Shown piece after piece: positions 40,501 to 52,579 of a DNA stretch of 64,000 nucleotides. Position 1 is the first letter of the stretch; the number at the start of each line of letters is the position of its first letter. Position numbers and translations under genes: made by a program. The notes below the pieces were generated by a model. The model searched no databases. It was not told where the DNA came from and saw only the letters and a list, made by a program, of their open reading frames with translations. The stretch lies in the NCBI RefSeq assembly GCF_001949145.1, contig NW_019091357.1:1182671-1246670 (forward strand). Reading direction: 5' to 3'. This DNA is from Acanthaster planci. Taxonomy: Eukaryota.

Positions 40501-43500
40501 GTGGCAGCTGTTATGGACGCATACGACAGGAGACTGGAACTCACGAGGAGTATGACAGACAGTGCAACAGACGGAGCCCAATTGGGCTTGACTTCCCTCT
40601 CAAAACAGCTGACGCTGTTGCCTAGGAACTCCTGGATGTCTGAGAGAGTGGACAATCAGACCATGTCAGGATGCCATGATTACAGCTGGAAGTATAGGTG
40701 GCCAGGGAAGACATTAGTAGCAGCTAGTGGGGTGAGGTTGGGTGGGATGTAGTGGAACAGGGTTTAATGGGGTAAAGTGGGCCTAGGCTGAGTTGGGTTG
40801 GTTTGGGTTGAGTTGGCTTGGGTCTAGGTGGGTGAGTTGGGTAGGGTTGGATTGGCTTGGGTTGGATTGGGTTGGGTTGGGCTGGGTTGGCTTGGCTTGT
40901 GTTGGGTTAGGTTGGTTTGGGTTGGGTTGGGCTGGCTTAAGTTGGGTTGAGGTGGGATGGGTTGAGTTGGGTTGGGCTTGGGCTTGGCTTGGGCTAGCTT
41001 GGCTTGGCTTGGGTTGAAGCAGGGTGGAGAGAGGTGGAGCGGGGTGGGGTGGTGTTGTGTGGAGTGGGGTGAAAGATGATTATGTTACATAGGGTGGGAT
41101 GTTGTGTGCATGTGCGTGACATACCAGTGTGACATGGTAAGGCCTCAAACGTACAAACTTTAAGAGATTATCTATTGTAAATGGGATAGGCACTGTTGGT
41201 TAACTTACAGTTCTTGATGGCCAAAACAGGTTTGAGAGGAACACTGCTGTACGAAATCACTCCCCTCTGAAAAGCCTCATCTTGGAACAGCCTCTTGTAC
41301 CAAGCACGTACGGCCGGGTACCGGCCCATTGGGAACCCTAACATGTACTCTTCCATGCAGCAATAGACATTGGGCCCCCAGCAGTAATCGGCCAATGAGA
41401 TCTGGTCACCAACTAGCCAGTCGTGGTCTGCAAGGCGAGCTTCCAGCTTTTGCAGGGCACTTCAGAAAACCCAAAGGAAAAAGTTCAAATTAGGAAAATG
41501 CAGCCATGCATGGAAGTTCAAAACGTCGTCCAATGCAACTTGATTTCGACCAAGTTGATCATGTAAGCCACACAGCTCTTTGCCCTGCACATGTTCCAGA
41601 AAATCCCCACTTTTAAATGCAAGGGTGGGAATTTATGTTTAATTGGAAAAAATGTTCAGAAAACTTTCCCATACTGTTTAAAAGTTTGGCCAAAACTTTA
41701 CACAAAAACCGCTGCTGCTTACCTCGGTGTTTTCATATGTATGTATGCACAATTATAAAGTTCAACAGTGTGCATGGTCCAACCAATGTAAAAATGTAGA
41801 TTGATGTTTGTGGCATTTAAAACAAGCAATGTTTATTGTTTTAGAATCCCCATTTTTCTCAAAAAGTACATGGATGCCAAAAGGGAAAAATGTTCCGAAC
41901 TTCAGATTACACTTTAGAGGCATAGTTTGTAATAACACTGAATGCCAGATTACGACAATTAAAATGTCAAACCTTTAAAAGGGGCGGTTCTGTTTAAATG
42001 TTTGGGAAAATCTGCAAACGGATTTGAAACGAACTTGTTTTGTTTAAACATTGAAACATATAAATGTCACACCCACAACTGTCCCACAACTCTAGCTTAA
42101 TACCACATTCCCTTCTTGAATTTTGACTCACTCATGAATTGTCTCAATAGCTGCTTTCACATTGCAATCATTCAATACCCCTTCCTGCACCATTCTGTGA
42201 AAAGTGTAGCCTTCGGGATTCCTCTCTCTATGGCCGGCAAGGCCAGCAAGCCTCTGATCTATCTCCATGTGCCCAGCGAAGGGACCACAGGGGAACCTAT
42301 AGGTCAGAAACTTCATGGGTCTCTGGACNGGTTTGCTCCAGGTCCAGCCAGCATTGGACAGCTTCTTTGTCTTTCCTGCCAAAGATACAAGACTGTTCAC
42401 TGGTGTCCTCTGTAAATTGTCTCATTTGTGACGTGATATGCGAAAACCCTTGCTTTGTCATATGGGTGCATATAAACTTCAAATTAATATAGACACACTC
42501 TTTTTTCAGATTTTACAGTATTAAATTAATGATTCTAGGTTGGCTACAACATGAATCTAGGTTGTCTAGAATGGGTAATATTCCTAGGTATTTAGAAATG
42601 ATTTCCTACCAACTCTCTGAACAGAAAAATAGACCTATCAATATTTTAAAAACTGAGCATACTGCAAAGGTGCTGGACAGATACACAGCTGATAATCAGC
42701 TGGAGAAAGACAAAACCATTCTTGTCAGAGAGTAAAAATAGATAATTAGTTGTAGGTTCACTTATATCTGATGCCTTACTCTGAAGTAGGCCAGAGAGGT
42801 ATTTCAGGGAAAGCTTCATCGAGATAGGCCATGATGTCAGCTGATTCAATGTGAGTGACGCCGTCATGTACCAGTGCAGGGACCGTGCCTTGGGGATGGA
42901 TGGCAGAGTACCAGTCGGACTCCATTTCCCTCAACGATACAATCCTGCTACGCCATTTGAGCTTTTTGGCTTCCAGGCAGGCTCGTACCTGGACCCAAAT
43001 GAGAAAAGTCCAAAGTAATTTGGCTTGGTTCCAATCGTCAACAAGGCACATGCAGTGCAAGGGTTTAGTGAGAGATGCATACACACTTTTCCAGTTTAGC
43101 TTGAAAACTGAGCACGGGCTTAAGTATTTCAAGAAATACAAACAAACATGTCACAAAAACGTTATTTTTGAGCTCAGTCGAAATTCCCTCCGCCCCTTAT
43201 TTAATCTAAAATAACTGCAGCTTCCTCTGCACACATATAAAAAAAACAGCTCAAACCATCCTCCCTGTTTCAGAGAAGTTTGAGGGTTTTCGGTCGGCAG
43301 GGTCTCGCGGAATCACAAACTTGTACCAAAATGTTTCTTAAGACAATATCTCTCCAAAATCACTTCAAAAACAAAACAGAACAAAATACTTGAAAAATGT
43401 TAGCCTCCCTTTCATCATCTGATCATGGTGATGATGTACTCCACATATACCCCCAAACATGCCAGAACTGAAGGACTGTAAATTTGGGGACCCAGTTCCT

Positions 43501-44144
43501 ATAACAGAAGGCCGGGAGAGCTAGAAATTTTAACTTTTGAATTCACCTTAGACGACTGTGACATATCATGCTCAATGACTACAGAGTTTATGTTGTCAAA
43601 AGAAGGGGAGGGTTTTGAGTTTTGAGGGAAATTATGAGGGGAAACTGTGAGTGTTTTGACACGTATACCTGTAACATATGACACATATGTGGATTCGAAT
43701 TTGCAAATTTGATCAGTAAGAAAGTCACATTTTCTCACAATTTACAGTTTGAAATTCCAAAAAATGGGGTCAGTGCGGTAATTAAGGAGAGTGTTTCCTT
43801 TGTTTTTTGTGGGGATTTAACAGTTTTGCAAGATTAAAATGACTACAAAATGGGGTCCCCAAGTATGCAATCCCCAAGAACTGTGGGGTTCGCGGCCGCA
43901 CTTCCTGACTACGCCCAGAACTGTGTATGATTGAATTGACTGGGAGTAGTCCGCGTCCAGGAGGGCGGCAGACGGTACCCCAGGGGTCGACCGGTCCTCC
44001 ATCCATACGCGCGCATGGACCATGCCATGTTGACCATAATGTAAACCAACAATTTACCTTTTGCGAGGCGATTGACGGGCCAAAGTGGAAAAGACACAGC
44101 CCTTTAATCTTTTTGGTGTCCTCGGTTCCATCAACTACTACCAT
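37523..44144 (-). CDS. Fusion protein: glutathione S-transferase (GST-N + GST-C) - two hydrophobic helices - RTN4IP1-like MDR oxidoreductase (copy B), 12 exons, ~707 aa
   Basis: Exons 44144-44058, 42988-42780, 42375-42132 (N at 42329 treated as an extra base), 41459-41209, 40639-40496, 40349-40042, 39726-39619, 39073-38877, 38764-38579, 38457-38277, 38057-37965, 37639-37523; all phases match. GST motifs SQKVR, GTVPALVHDG..HIESADI, LEARL...WLVGDQISLAD. MDR motifs AASINPID, EFPLILGKDFSG, GTGGVG, GHARGKTV. Confidence 0.8.
40790..41075. repeat. Degenerate (GGGTT/GGCTT)n pentamer repeat in intron 4 of the fusion gene
   Basis: Direct inspection; G-rich on the + strand. Confidence 0.85.
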
Positions 44145-45352
44145 CGTTGATTCACAAAATGAGGGGAGGACTTCGAAAATTCGAAGGAGCTCGTCGAGTC
44201 CACGATCCAAAAAATGCTGACACCTGCGCGCAGAACAGAGCACGTGACTCATTTCAAGCTGGCAAATACATTAAATGAGCGCACTCAAGAGGTTTACTTA
44301 GTATTTATCGCGAAACACTACCTCCAAAGCTTGGCTTCCCTCCATGCCATCGACTGAGCTGAGCCGCCGGCCAGCCCATCGAGGATGGGAGTTCTCCAAA
44401 GATATTTTTTTTAAATTTAGATTATTTTAATTTAGCCTTGAGCCATGATGCAGCGAAAACGGGAACAACATATTAAGTTGGGTATGCATTGTTAATGAAG
44501 GGGACTGCGCTTTTATAGTTTAGGAAGCTTTCATCTCGTGTGATGATCAAAGTTATTTCTGCAGAACATAATGCATGGAGCAGTGCGTCTCTTTACTTAA
44601 TTTAAACGCTTCCACGGTTCTCTATCTAATCAACACGTGGTAACTGCCCTCCGGGCCGAAGGTACAAAGGTTAACCACGGTGTTGCATTACAAACAGTCT
44701 GTCCGTGATCTCAGTGGATATTACTGCATGCCGGATCGCTGAACAAATTCCAAATATTCCAAATTACGTTTATTTTTAGGCTGTCCTTCCTCCATAGCAG
44801 GCTGTCTCTCGTTCCGAGCTTGAAAGTAGAAGACATCAGTAGGTGAGTGTTTTTTCCCTATTGCAGCGGAATCGGATGATCCTGCCGGGTGACTCGATCG
44901 TTTCTCGGAGGCTTGTGACATGATGCTTGAAGATGTCGATCAGTCGAATTCGAAGTACATGTACTATAGACATACATTACATACCCATGGTAGCGTACAT
45001 GTACATGGCGGTCTGCTGCACATGCACGTCGATTTTCTTGGTCTCGTAGCAGTGGCTATCCACCCATTCAGAGCATGCTCAGAGCAATGGCAGCCGGGTG
45101 TGCCTTGCTCTGTTCTTAGAGTAGGCGTAGGCCTAGGTGACAAGATCACAGCAAATATGCACAAAAAATTTGATTTGAGAATATTTCTTGATTTAAGAAT
45201 TCAAAGCTTATACATGATGTATATATGTTTATGATCACATTTCCATGGAAACGTATATCTTTTTTCCCGGCCAGGTGCAATTGAGTACAGAGGAGACTCG
45301 AGGGACTCAGACGGTTGTCAAGACAGGAGCTATTACAATCCAGCCTGCCAAC

Positions 45353-48300
45353 ATGTGGATAATACCACTTATCTTTCTGGGATGCGCAATCATGTCTTAC
45401 ATTTATCTGCCGACTGAAACAGTTTTCCAGCTGAGCGAGCTTCCAGGTACTATAGTCAATCTCAGGGTAGTTTATCAGTGATTCAAACGAAGTCAGACGT
45501 CACGACGAAAAAGAAATTGGCTCAACGCATATCATTTCATAAAATTAGCGAAATAATATTTAAATCTGTAATCACACATTCGAAGCATTTGAAAAATAGT
45601 TTCTTTACGTGAAACAAAATTACTTAATTAATATTTGCTCGCCTGTTTTTTTATCTGTCGTCGGCCGTTTACGCTGAGCTGCTGAACAAAAACGCAAGCT
45701 TCAAACAACATTCCAAAAGGTTTTTTTTTTACTATTGAAGTTGTTCTTTTCATACCCTGCCAGTTAACAACAAAAGCCTCTGCATACTGTTCTCCATCCT
45801 ATCCACCGTCACCTTCATCAGAGATTTCCTAGACAGCCGCAAACGTATCCGAGCGCGAGAAAATGTTACTCCCACGTCAGCGCCCCACACCTCACCAAAC
45901 CTCAAACCTCACGCAATGACTATGAGAGGCGTCATCATTGAACGTTACGGTGAGGATAGCGTCACAGTGAGTGACGTGGTGCCTCGTCCAGAGCTGAATT
46001 ACGTCGATGAGGTATTGGTTAGAGTTCGTGCGGCTTCAGTGAACCCAGTGGATATCCAAATAAGTAATGGGAAAGGACAGGCTCTGTGTAATAGCATGAG
46101 ATCCATGCGGGGTGTAAGTTTGTGTTAACTTTTCCGTAACACAATTTGTGTGATTTATTTTCCTGTAAATGTCTATGTTGGTGTTTAATTTCATCAACGA
46201 TATACTGTATTTACTTTTCCAACTAAAATTTAGGAAACATTTGCTTCAAAGACACACTATAATCTCATTTTACTATGTAATCAATGGTATCCGCGGATCT
46301 CATTTTCTTCACCAGATGCCTGCCGGTGGAGGTAAGGAATTCCCCGTCATTCTTGGACGGGATTTTTCCGGCGTCGTCGAGAGGGTAGGGTCGAAGGTTA
46401 CGAAGGTGAAGGTTGGTGATGAGGTGCGTCCATTGGCCTGTCATGAATTGTGTTGAAGAACGATTCAGTTCACCTGGATAAAAATATGAAAAATTCAGAA
46501 AAGAATTGGGATTTGTCAACGAAGTCAACGATATACAATGCCGTATATTTTGAATATCCCATCCTACCGCTGCAGTGTATTTTTGTTCCAAGGAGCAACA
46601 AAACCTCTCTGATGTTTATAACCCCTTGTATAGGTGTGGGCGGCAATCCCTTTCTATCATAGAGGAGGGGCCATGGGTGAGTATGTCTTGGTCACGGAGG
46701 CTGACATTGCTAAGAAGCCCCAGGGTATCAGCCATCAGGATGCTGCCACCTTGCCCTTCGTGGCTTGCACCGTGTGGTGCTCGCTGGTGCGTACCGCGGT
46801 CGTCGGCTCCAAGAGAACGAAACAACAGAGGTAAATCCTCGAGACTTGGCGGCCGTCTGCACATGTCTTTTCCAAATTAAGCTTTTCCGTCTGCGCTGAA
46901 ATTCCAAATACGACTTCTGATCTTTTACTTTCAGAGTTTTAACCGGTCGGGCACATTCTGTTACTTAATATCATCGATGTCTTGGATTCACAGTAATCAG
47001 AGCTTGTTAACCCTCAACAGAGTTCTTATCACCGGGGGAACAGGTGGCATAGGGACCTTTGCCACTCAACTCATCAAGGCATGGGGAGGTCACGTGACAG
47101 CTACCTGTCGAGACAGTTACGGGGCAAGAATGCTGAAAAATCTCAGGGTAGACGAGGTGGTGAATGTCTCCGAAGTCGACTTGGAGAGTGCTCTGATCGA
47201 TAAGCCTAAGTGAGTTGATGTGTAAAGCTCAACCATGAAAAGCAAAAGCAGATTCATGTAGACTATTTACCGAAAACGGTGATAAAAATCAGGAAACGAT
47301 AAGCATAGTAATGATTACTAGATAAGGATGACACAGAATCCAACTCTGTCTACCCAGGTTTGATGTCATTATCGACACAGTCGGTTCGTCGGTTAGACAA
47401 GCCTGCTTCAAACTCTGCACCCGGGGCAGCTACTTAGTGAGCTTCGTCACGCCTGTGATGGACGATGCAGAGAAATACGGAATGATGATCGGATCCTTCG
47501 TGTCGAACGTCTCAAAGATGAAACTGGTACGTGCATCATCCAGCTAGAAGGGCGTCATTTGGGAATTTTGGTTGTACGAGTGCAGCATAATAGGGATGGG
47601 AAAGGATATTGGTGGGCCATTGGGTGTGGTTGGTATTTCTTTAGCATGCATGGAGCAACTTATCTCGGAAACTTTTGTCGACCTCCACTGTGCTAGTTCA
47701 GCCAGCATAGCCCATGCACTACTTTTCACCACAATCTAGCACAAAAAAATTGGAAAGACATGAGGAAAACCCGATTGACCCAGAATTAGTAAATTTATTC
47801 AAGCAGTCGGGGAGGCTGTAGGGAAGTTGTCCGCACTGTCGGGAGAGTTGGATAAGGATCTAAGCCATCCAGACGGATTTGGCTAAATAATGTGACTGCC
47901 AAAGTAGACTACCGAAACGAGCGGCTGGGCCCAAGATTCGAGATGACATTGTTCTAACTAGTATCTGTCATTTAAAATCGAACCCTTCCCCTTGACAGGC
48001 TTGGCAGAGCGGCTTAAACTTCAGTTGGTCTTTCTGTCTACCTGAGGGGAAAATTCTTGACAGCGTAACCAAGTACGTGGAGGCCAAAAAGGTAGGAAAC
48101 GAAGTTGAACAATTATTCCTTTAACGGTGATCAACTGAAGCGATCGTCAATCCAATCTTTTGTCTAATTCTTCACTCAATCATAGATAATTCGAAGTTAA
48201 AGTCCCAGTGTGATCATCATTTGGGGGGCTTTCACGATCTCCAATTTAAATTTCAGATAAGGCCAGTCGTTGACCAGATCTACAGATTGGAGGAGACCAA

Positions 48301-48376
48301 GAAGGCCTTTAAACATGTAGCAGAAGGGCATCCGAAAGGAAAGGTGGTCATAACATTTGATGGAGGCCGGAAGTGA
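45353..48376 (+). CDS. RTN4IP1-like MDR oxidoreductase copy C with N-terminal hydrophobic pair, 8 coding exons
   Basis: Exons 45353-45446, 45764-46113, 46316-46423, 46634-46830, 47021-47209, 47358-47526, 47999-48091, 48257-48376. Motifs AASVNPVD, EFPVILGRDFSG, GGTGGIGTFATQLIKAWG, GHPKGKVV; same intron positions as copies A and B. Confidence 0.9.
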
Positions 48377-49260
48377 CTGTTAATGTGTCACTGGAAGACG
48401 AGATGGATGGGTATCCAGGAAAAGGACGGACCACACCCACAGACGTTTCATAAGAGCTGGGAGGACTGTGTGCTCGTGGAATCCCTATTTTTTGAAAGAA
48501 GAGCTATGAGATCAGTGTACCTTCTGGAAACTTGCAAATGACTACATTTAGAGAAGACTAGACATACGATTCCAAAATGCCACGGGAGGGCGATATATTG
48601 GGTAGTCTTGGCCTAATACGTTAGTGATCCAGAGTGATGATTGCATTCTCTTCCGACACCATGCTCACACTGTCTTAGGAATATTGCATCAATGAGGGTG
48701 TAGCCTCTCTTCGTCAATTTGACCATTGGTGTAAATATTTTTAAACAAGTGGCAGCTTTCCATTATTTTGATACAGACGGTTCAGTATGGTTTATCACTG
48801 TGTTGCCGATCTAACAAGCCTGCTTGATTACCACACTTGACACTTAAGTTGAAGTGTGCCGACTCTCGAGACAAAGCTGAAAAATGGGGACAGATGACGC
48901 TCTGGGTGGCATCTCGTCTCATTTGAAAGAGCTATGTCTGAGAAGACAGCCAACTAGGGAAGGGCTAAACAGTTTACCAAGAGTAGTAAGTGCAAGATTG
49001 CAAAGTTTCAGCAACAATCAGCCTTTTGGAACACGCACGGAATGACAACAGAAAATAAATGACATGTAACAATACAATTTGTCTCTCGAGACTAAACAAC
49101 TTTTATTAGAACTTTCCAATCAGCATTTTAGCAATGCAAAGAAAAATTTACGCCATCCCCTTGACCCCCTATGGGTCCTGGCTCTAGGCGGTGTGCTGCT
49201 GTAGATTGTCTCCCCCTCCCAATGCGAATTGGTGTCCCGTTGAACATTGCACCCCCAGTC

Positions 49261-52200
49261 TTACAGATTCCACTCGGGGAATTCAAAGAGGACATCTTTG
49301 CCGGTCAGCTTCTTGTACACGGCGCTGAAGGTGTCCGTCTGTGCGAAACGAAGGAAACAAAAATCTAATGTTTAGTTTTACAACATTCCCCCAGTCAGCA
49401 ATAAAGCAACACCTGTCCAGGAACACCAAAAAACACTTGCGCATTGTTTAACCCAGCCATAGTATACAGGAACAATTTAATCCCTTTTACTTTTTAGGGC
49501 ATCGAATCCCTACTTATAACAAAGTGAAAGCTCAACAGGGTTGGACATGGTGTTGGAGTTACTACTGCGTCTTGGTAACAAACAGGAAAGGGTAAAGATC
49601 CACGTTGCCAAAGTAATGTTTTCAAGAAACCAATCAGGGGCCTACCTTGTAGTCCACCTGGATCTGCTGACTCTTGTCCAGTTGCACCTTGATGATTTTG
49701 GTTCCGTCCAGCTTGACCCGGATCCTCTTGCCGACGATCTCGGCAGGGAACACCAGGTCCTCCAAGATGGTGTCGTGAACGGCTGTAAGAGTCCGGCTGC
49801 GAGGGCGCTTCTGGGTGTTCTTCGTTCGGGATTTGCGTGTGGGCTTGGGGAGGATGCGTCTCTGCACAAACAGAAACCAGGCAACTGATCTTTTATCTGT
49901 TATGCTGTGTTAAACGTGAGCTGTTGGGGGAGCTATAACCGACTTTCTGACAGCTTTAAAACCTTTCCCAAAGGAATATCAAGTTTAATTAGGCATTAAT
50001 CTAACCATGACCACACAAAGCTATGAGGAGTACTTGATAACCACTCTGCCATTTTCATTAGAAAATCATCGACCAACTTGTGGCAAAGCTATATGAATCT
50101 AACAGCATATTCTCAGTCATGGGGGCATGGCCAAGTACAAGCTTAGGCTGCACCCAATCATCTTCTTTTTGCCGTACACACCGTAGTGTCTAAAAGCTGT
50201 TCATTATCTAAAAGAATAACTAGAGACAAATCAAATCAAAGATAGACCAAAACGTTGGTTTTACCCTCTGCACATTCGATTTGACTGAACTTAGGACTTA
50301 TATCTGAGAGCAGTCAATGGCAAGAATCAATAAGTTAACAAGGTAATGGCTTAGCCAAAACAGGTAAGCAGTTCAGCCGCCATGCACACCCACATTTCTT
50401 TTGGCTGCTTCTTAGCAGATATAATGAGAAGACCAAACACTTTTTATTCTTACTCTTTCCCTGACTACCCCATTTAGACGGGAGCAATCCATTTTTTGAG
50501 GGGGGTAGGAGTTGGGGAAAATGTGGAATTGGAAAAAGATGTCCTCAGGTTAGTTTTAATTCGGTCATACACGTTTATCAGGCTTTCGTGCAGGCAACCA
50601 GCACTCTTTAACGTTCACTTCATTTAAAACCAATTCTACCTGACTTCTCTTGCTGTACTCAGCTGCTAATTGGATCAGTATACAACAAGCACTCCCCAAT
50701 AAACCCATTTCAACCCAACCCTCTTTTCCCAAACTATATACATATAGTAATAGGAAGCAGAACTGGTTTTGTTTGGCCTCGGCAGCCTATCATTCTTTGA
50801 GCCAGCTCTTTGGACATGGGTCCAACTTTGTTGATACCTGAGCAACGAAGACGACATGCTTGCCGCTGAATTTCTTCTCCAGTTCTCGGACCAGTCTGCT
50901 CTGGACTCTCTGGAAGCCCCTGAGCTGTGGAACAGGCACGAAGATGACAGCTGCCTTCTTGTTCCCACCTACGTCGATTTCCTGAAGACCAATTCCCCAA
51001 AATTACTTTAAAATAACATTCTTCAATCTTTTTGGTTATATACAAGTCAAAGCATTCAAAGTGAACAAATTAATTAATCACTGCATGTACATAAATAACT
51101 GCAGTTAAATAAAACATTAAAAAACTGTCAATTTAAATAAAGTGGTCTTAAAGTGATATGACACTTTAGAAGCAATTTCAAGAAATTAATTTTGTTCCAT
51201 GTTGGTGCTTGTGTGAAAGACAGAAATCATGTCAGCATTTATCTGCTTGTCACAAGATTATTATGAATGTCAAATGACAAGTGCAGAGGAATGCCCTGCT
51301 TGATGTGGTCCATCAGCGAATCTCAAGATCTGTTGGGTTTCACAGCTTCTGAGAATTAGTAAATGGACAAAGCCCAGGAATAGGGTCGGGAAGCTGACCT
51401 TGCAGCGGCATTTTAGCTAGCAAGTCGTGCAGCCGTGTTTTGCACGGCCAGTTTTATGAAATCACGGCCCATTATTTCAAGCACGGCCTGGCGGTGCAAA
51501 TCAAGCCGTGCACTACTCAACTCAAGGCTTGTGTAGTCTAGATCCCCCAAAAATGTGAAAATAAAATCTGAGCTAAAATTCAGTCATACAGTTTGATTAC
51601 ACTGTATGTAACAACAATTGCACACAGTTTTACAATTCTATTTTTTTTCTTATTGCTGTTTTGTTTTTTTGTTCGAAAACGCAAAACTCTCTGAAAAAAA
51701 TGTCTGAAATTTGTCAGAGACCACCAGAGAGCATCTAAAATAGGCAGAACTTCCAGGGCCCTTACGCAGGCCCTGGATCCCGGCCGTAAGGGACTTTGCG
51801 CTGCATGCTAGTGTTGCATGCTTCAAGTTCACACACAAATTTTGGACCCTAACAAGATTAAACTCCCTGGTTTTCATTCTGCACTCCCACTTCTCAAATC
51901 CTAGCTAGAACACTGCCTTGCAGGGCATGACCTTATGACTACTGACCTTTGCCCCTGTGATGAAGAGCTCCTTCAGTTGACTCTTGAGCTCGGAGTTGAT
52001 CTCCAATTCCAAAAGGGCCTAAACATGACAAGCGTTTGTACAAAATTACCATAGCAACACATTTTAGAAATGCACATCTGTAAATATATAGCCAGTTTTC
52101 ACTAAAGTTGTGCAACATTTAAGTCATTCTAGCACTGGCCAGTGGAAACTTAATTAGAATCCTTTCCAGAAAGTGTATGTTTTTTACCTGTGAGATGGAG

Positions 52201-52268
52201 AGTTCAAATTCGTCAGCTTTCTCGCCTGATGGCTTCATGATCTTGGCTCCAGCGCTAAACACCGCCAT
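49261..52268 (-). CDS. RPS7: 40S ribosomal protein S7 (eS7), 5 coding exons, ~196 aa
   Basis: Exons 52268-52188, 52018-51947, 50981-50838, 49861-49646, 49338-49261. Motifs [51 protein letters not shown]. Confidence 0.98.
51227..51370 (-). ncRNA. Candidate intronic box H/ACA snoRNA in RPS7
   Basis: Hairpin (GUCCAU/AUGGAC lower stem, internal pocket), H box ACAUCA 14 nt below the pocket top, second hairpin (GCAUU/AAUGC, CUUGUCA/UGACAAG), then ACA; ~144 nt. Confidence 0.55.
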
Positions 52269-52579
52269 CTTGGACCACTGCTGAAAGGGAAACAAACAAC
52301 ACTGGATGCAATCACAATGCCATCTTGAAAGGGTTTGCTTGAGTACTGGGCAAAATGATAAATGTTACCCAGTGTGCATGGAAAAACTACACGTCGACAA
52401 AGTTCAAAGCCACAATCTGTTCTTTGCCACAGGAATACACCACCACAATACCAGGGACACTAGCACAAACAATGTCAATGATAAAAAGAAAATGTTGAGA
52501 AATTGTTCTCGAGTTCCTGATGTTATATAAACATGACAAAGCAGTAATAAATTGCACGCATCAGGTCTTGATGTACATA

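Noticed and set aside
40656..40658. In-frame TGA upstream of fusion exon 5 read as selenocysteine
   Set aside because: It lies in the intron upstream of the acceptor at 40640; no SECIS recognised.
40793..41017. Gly/Trp/Leu-rich ORF
   Set aside because: Translation of an intronic pentamer simple repeat.
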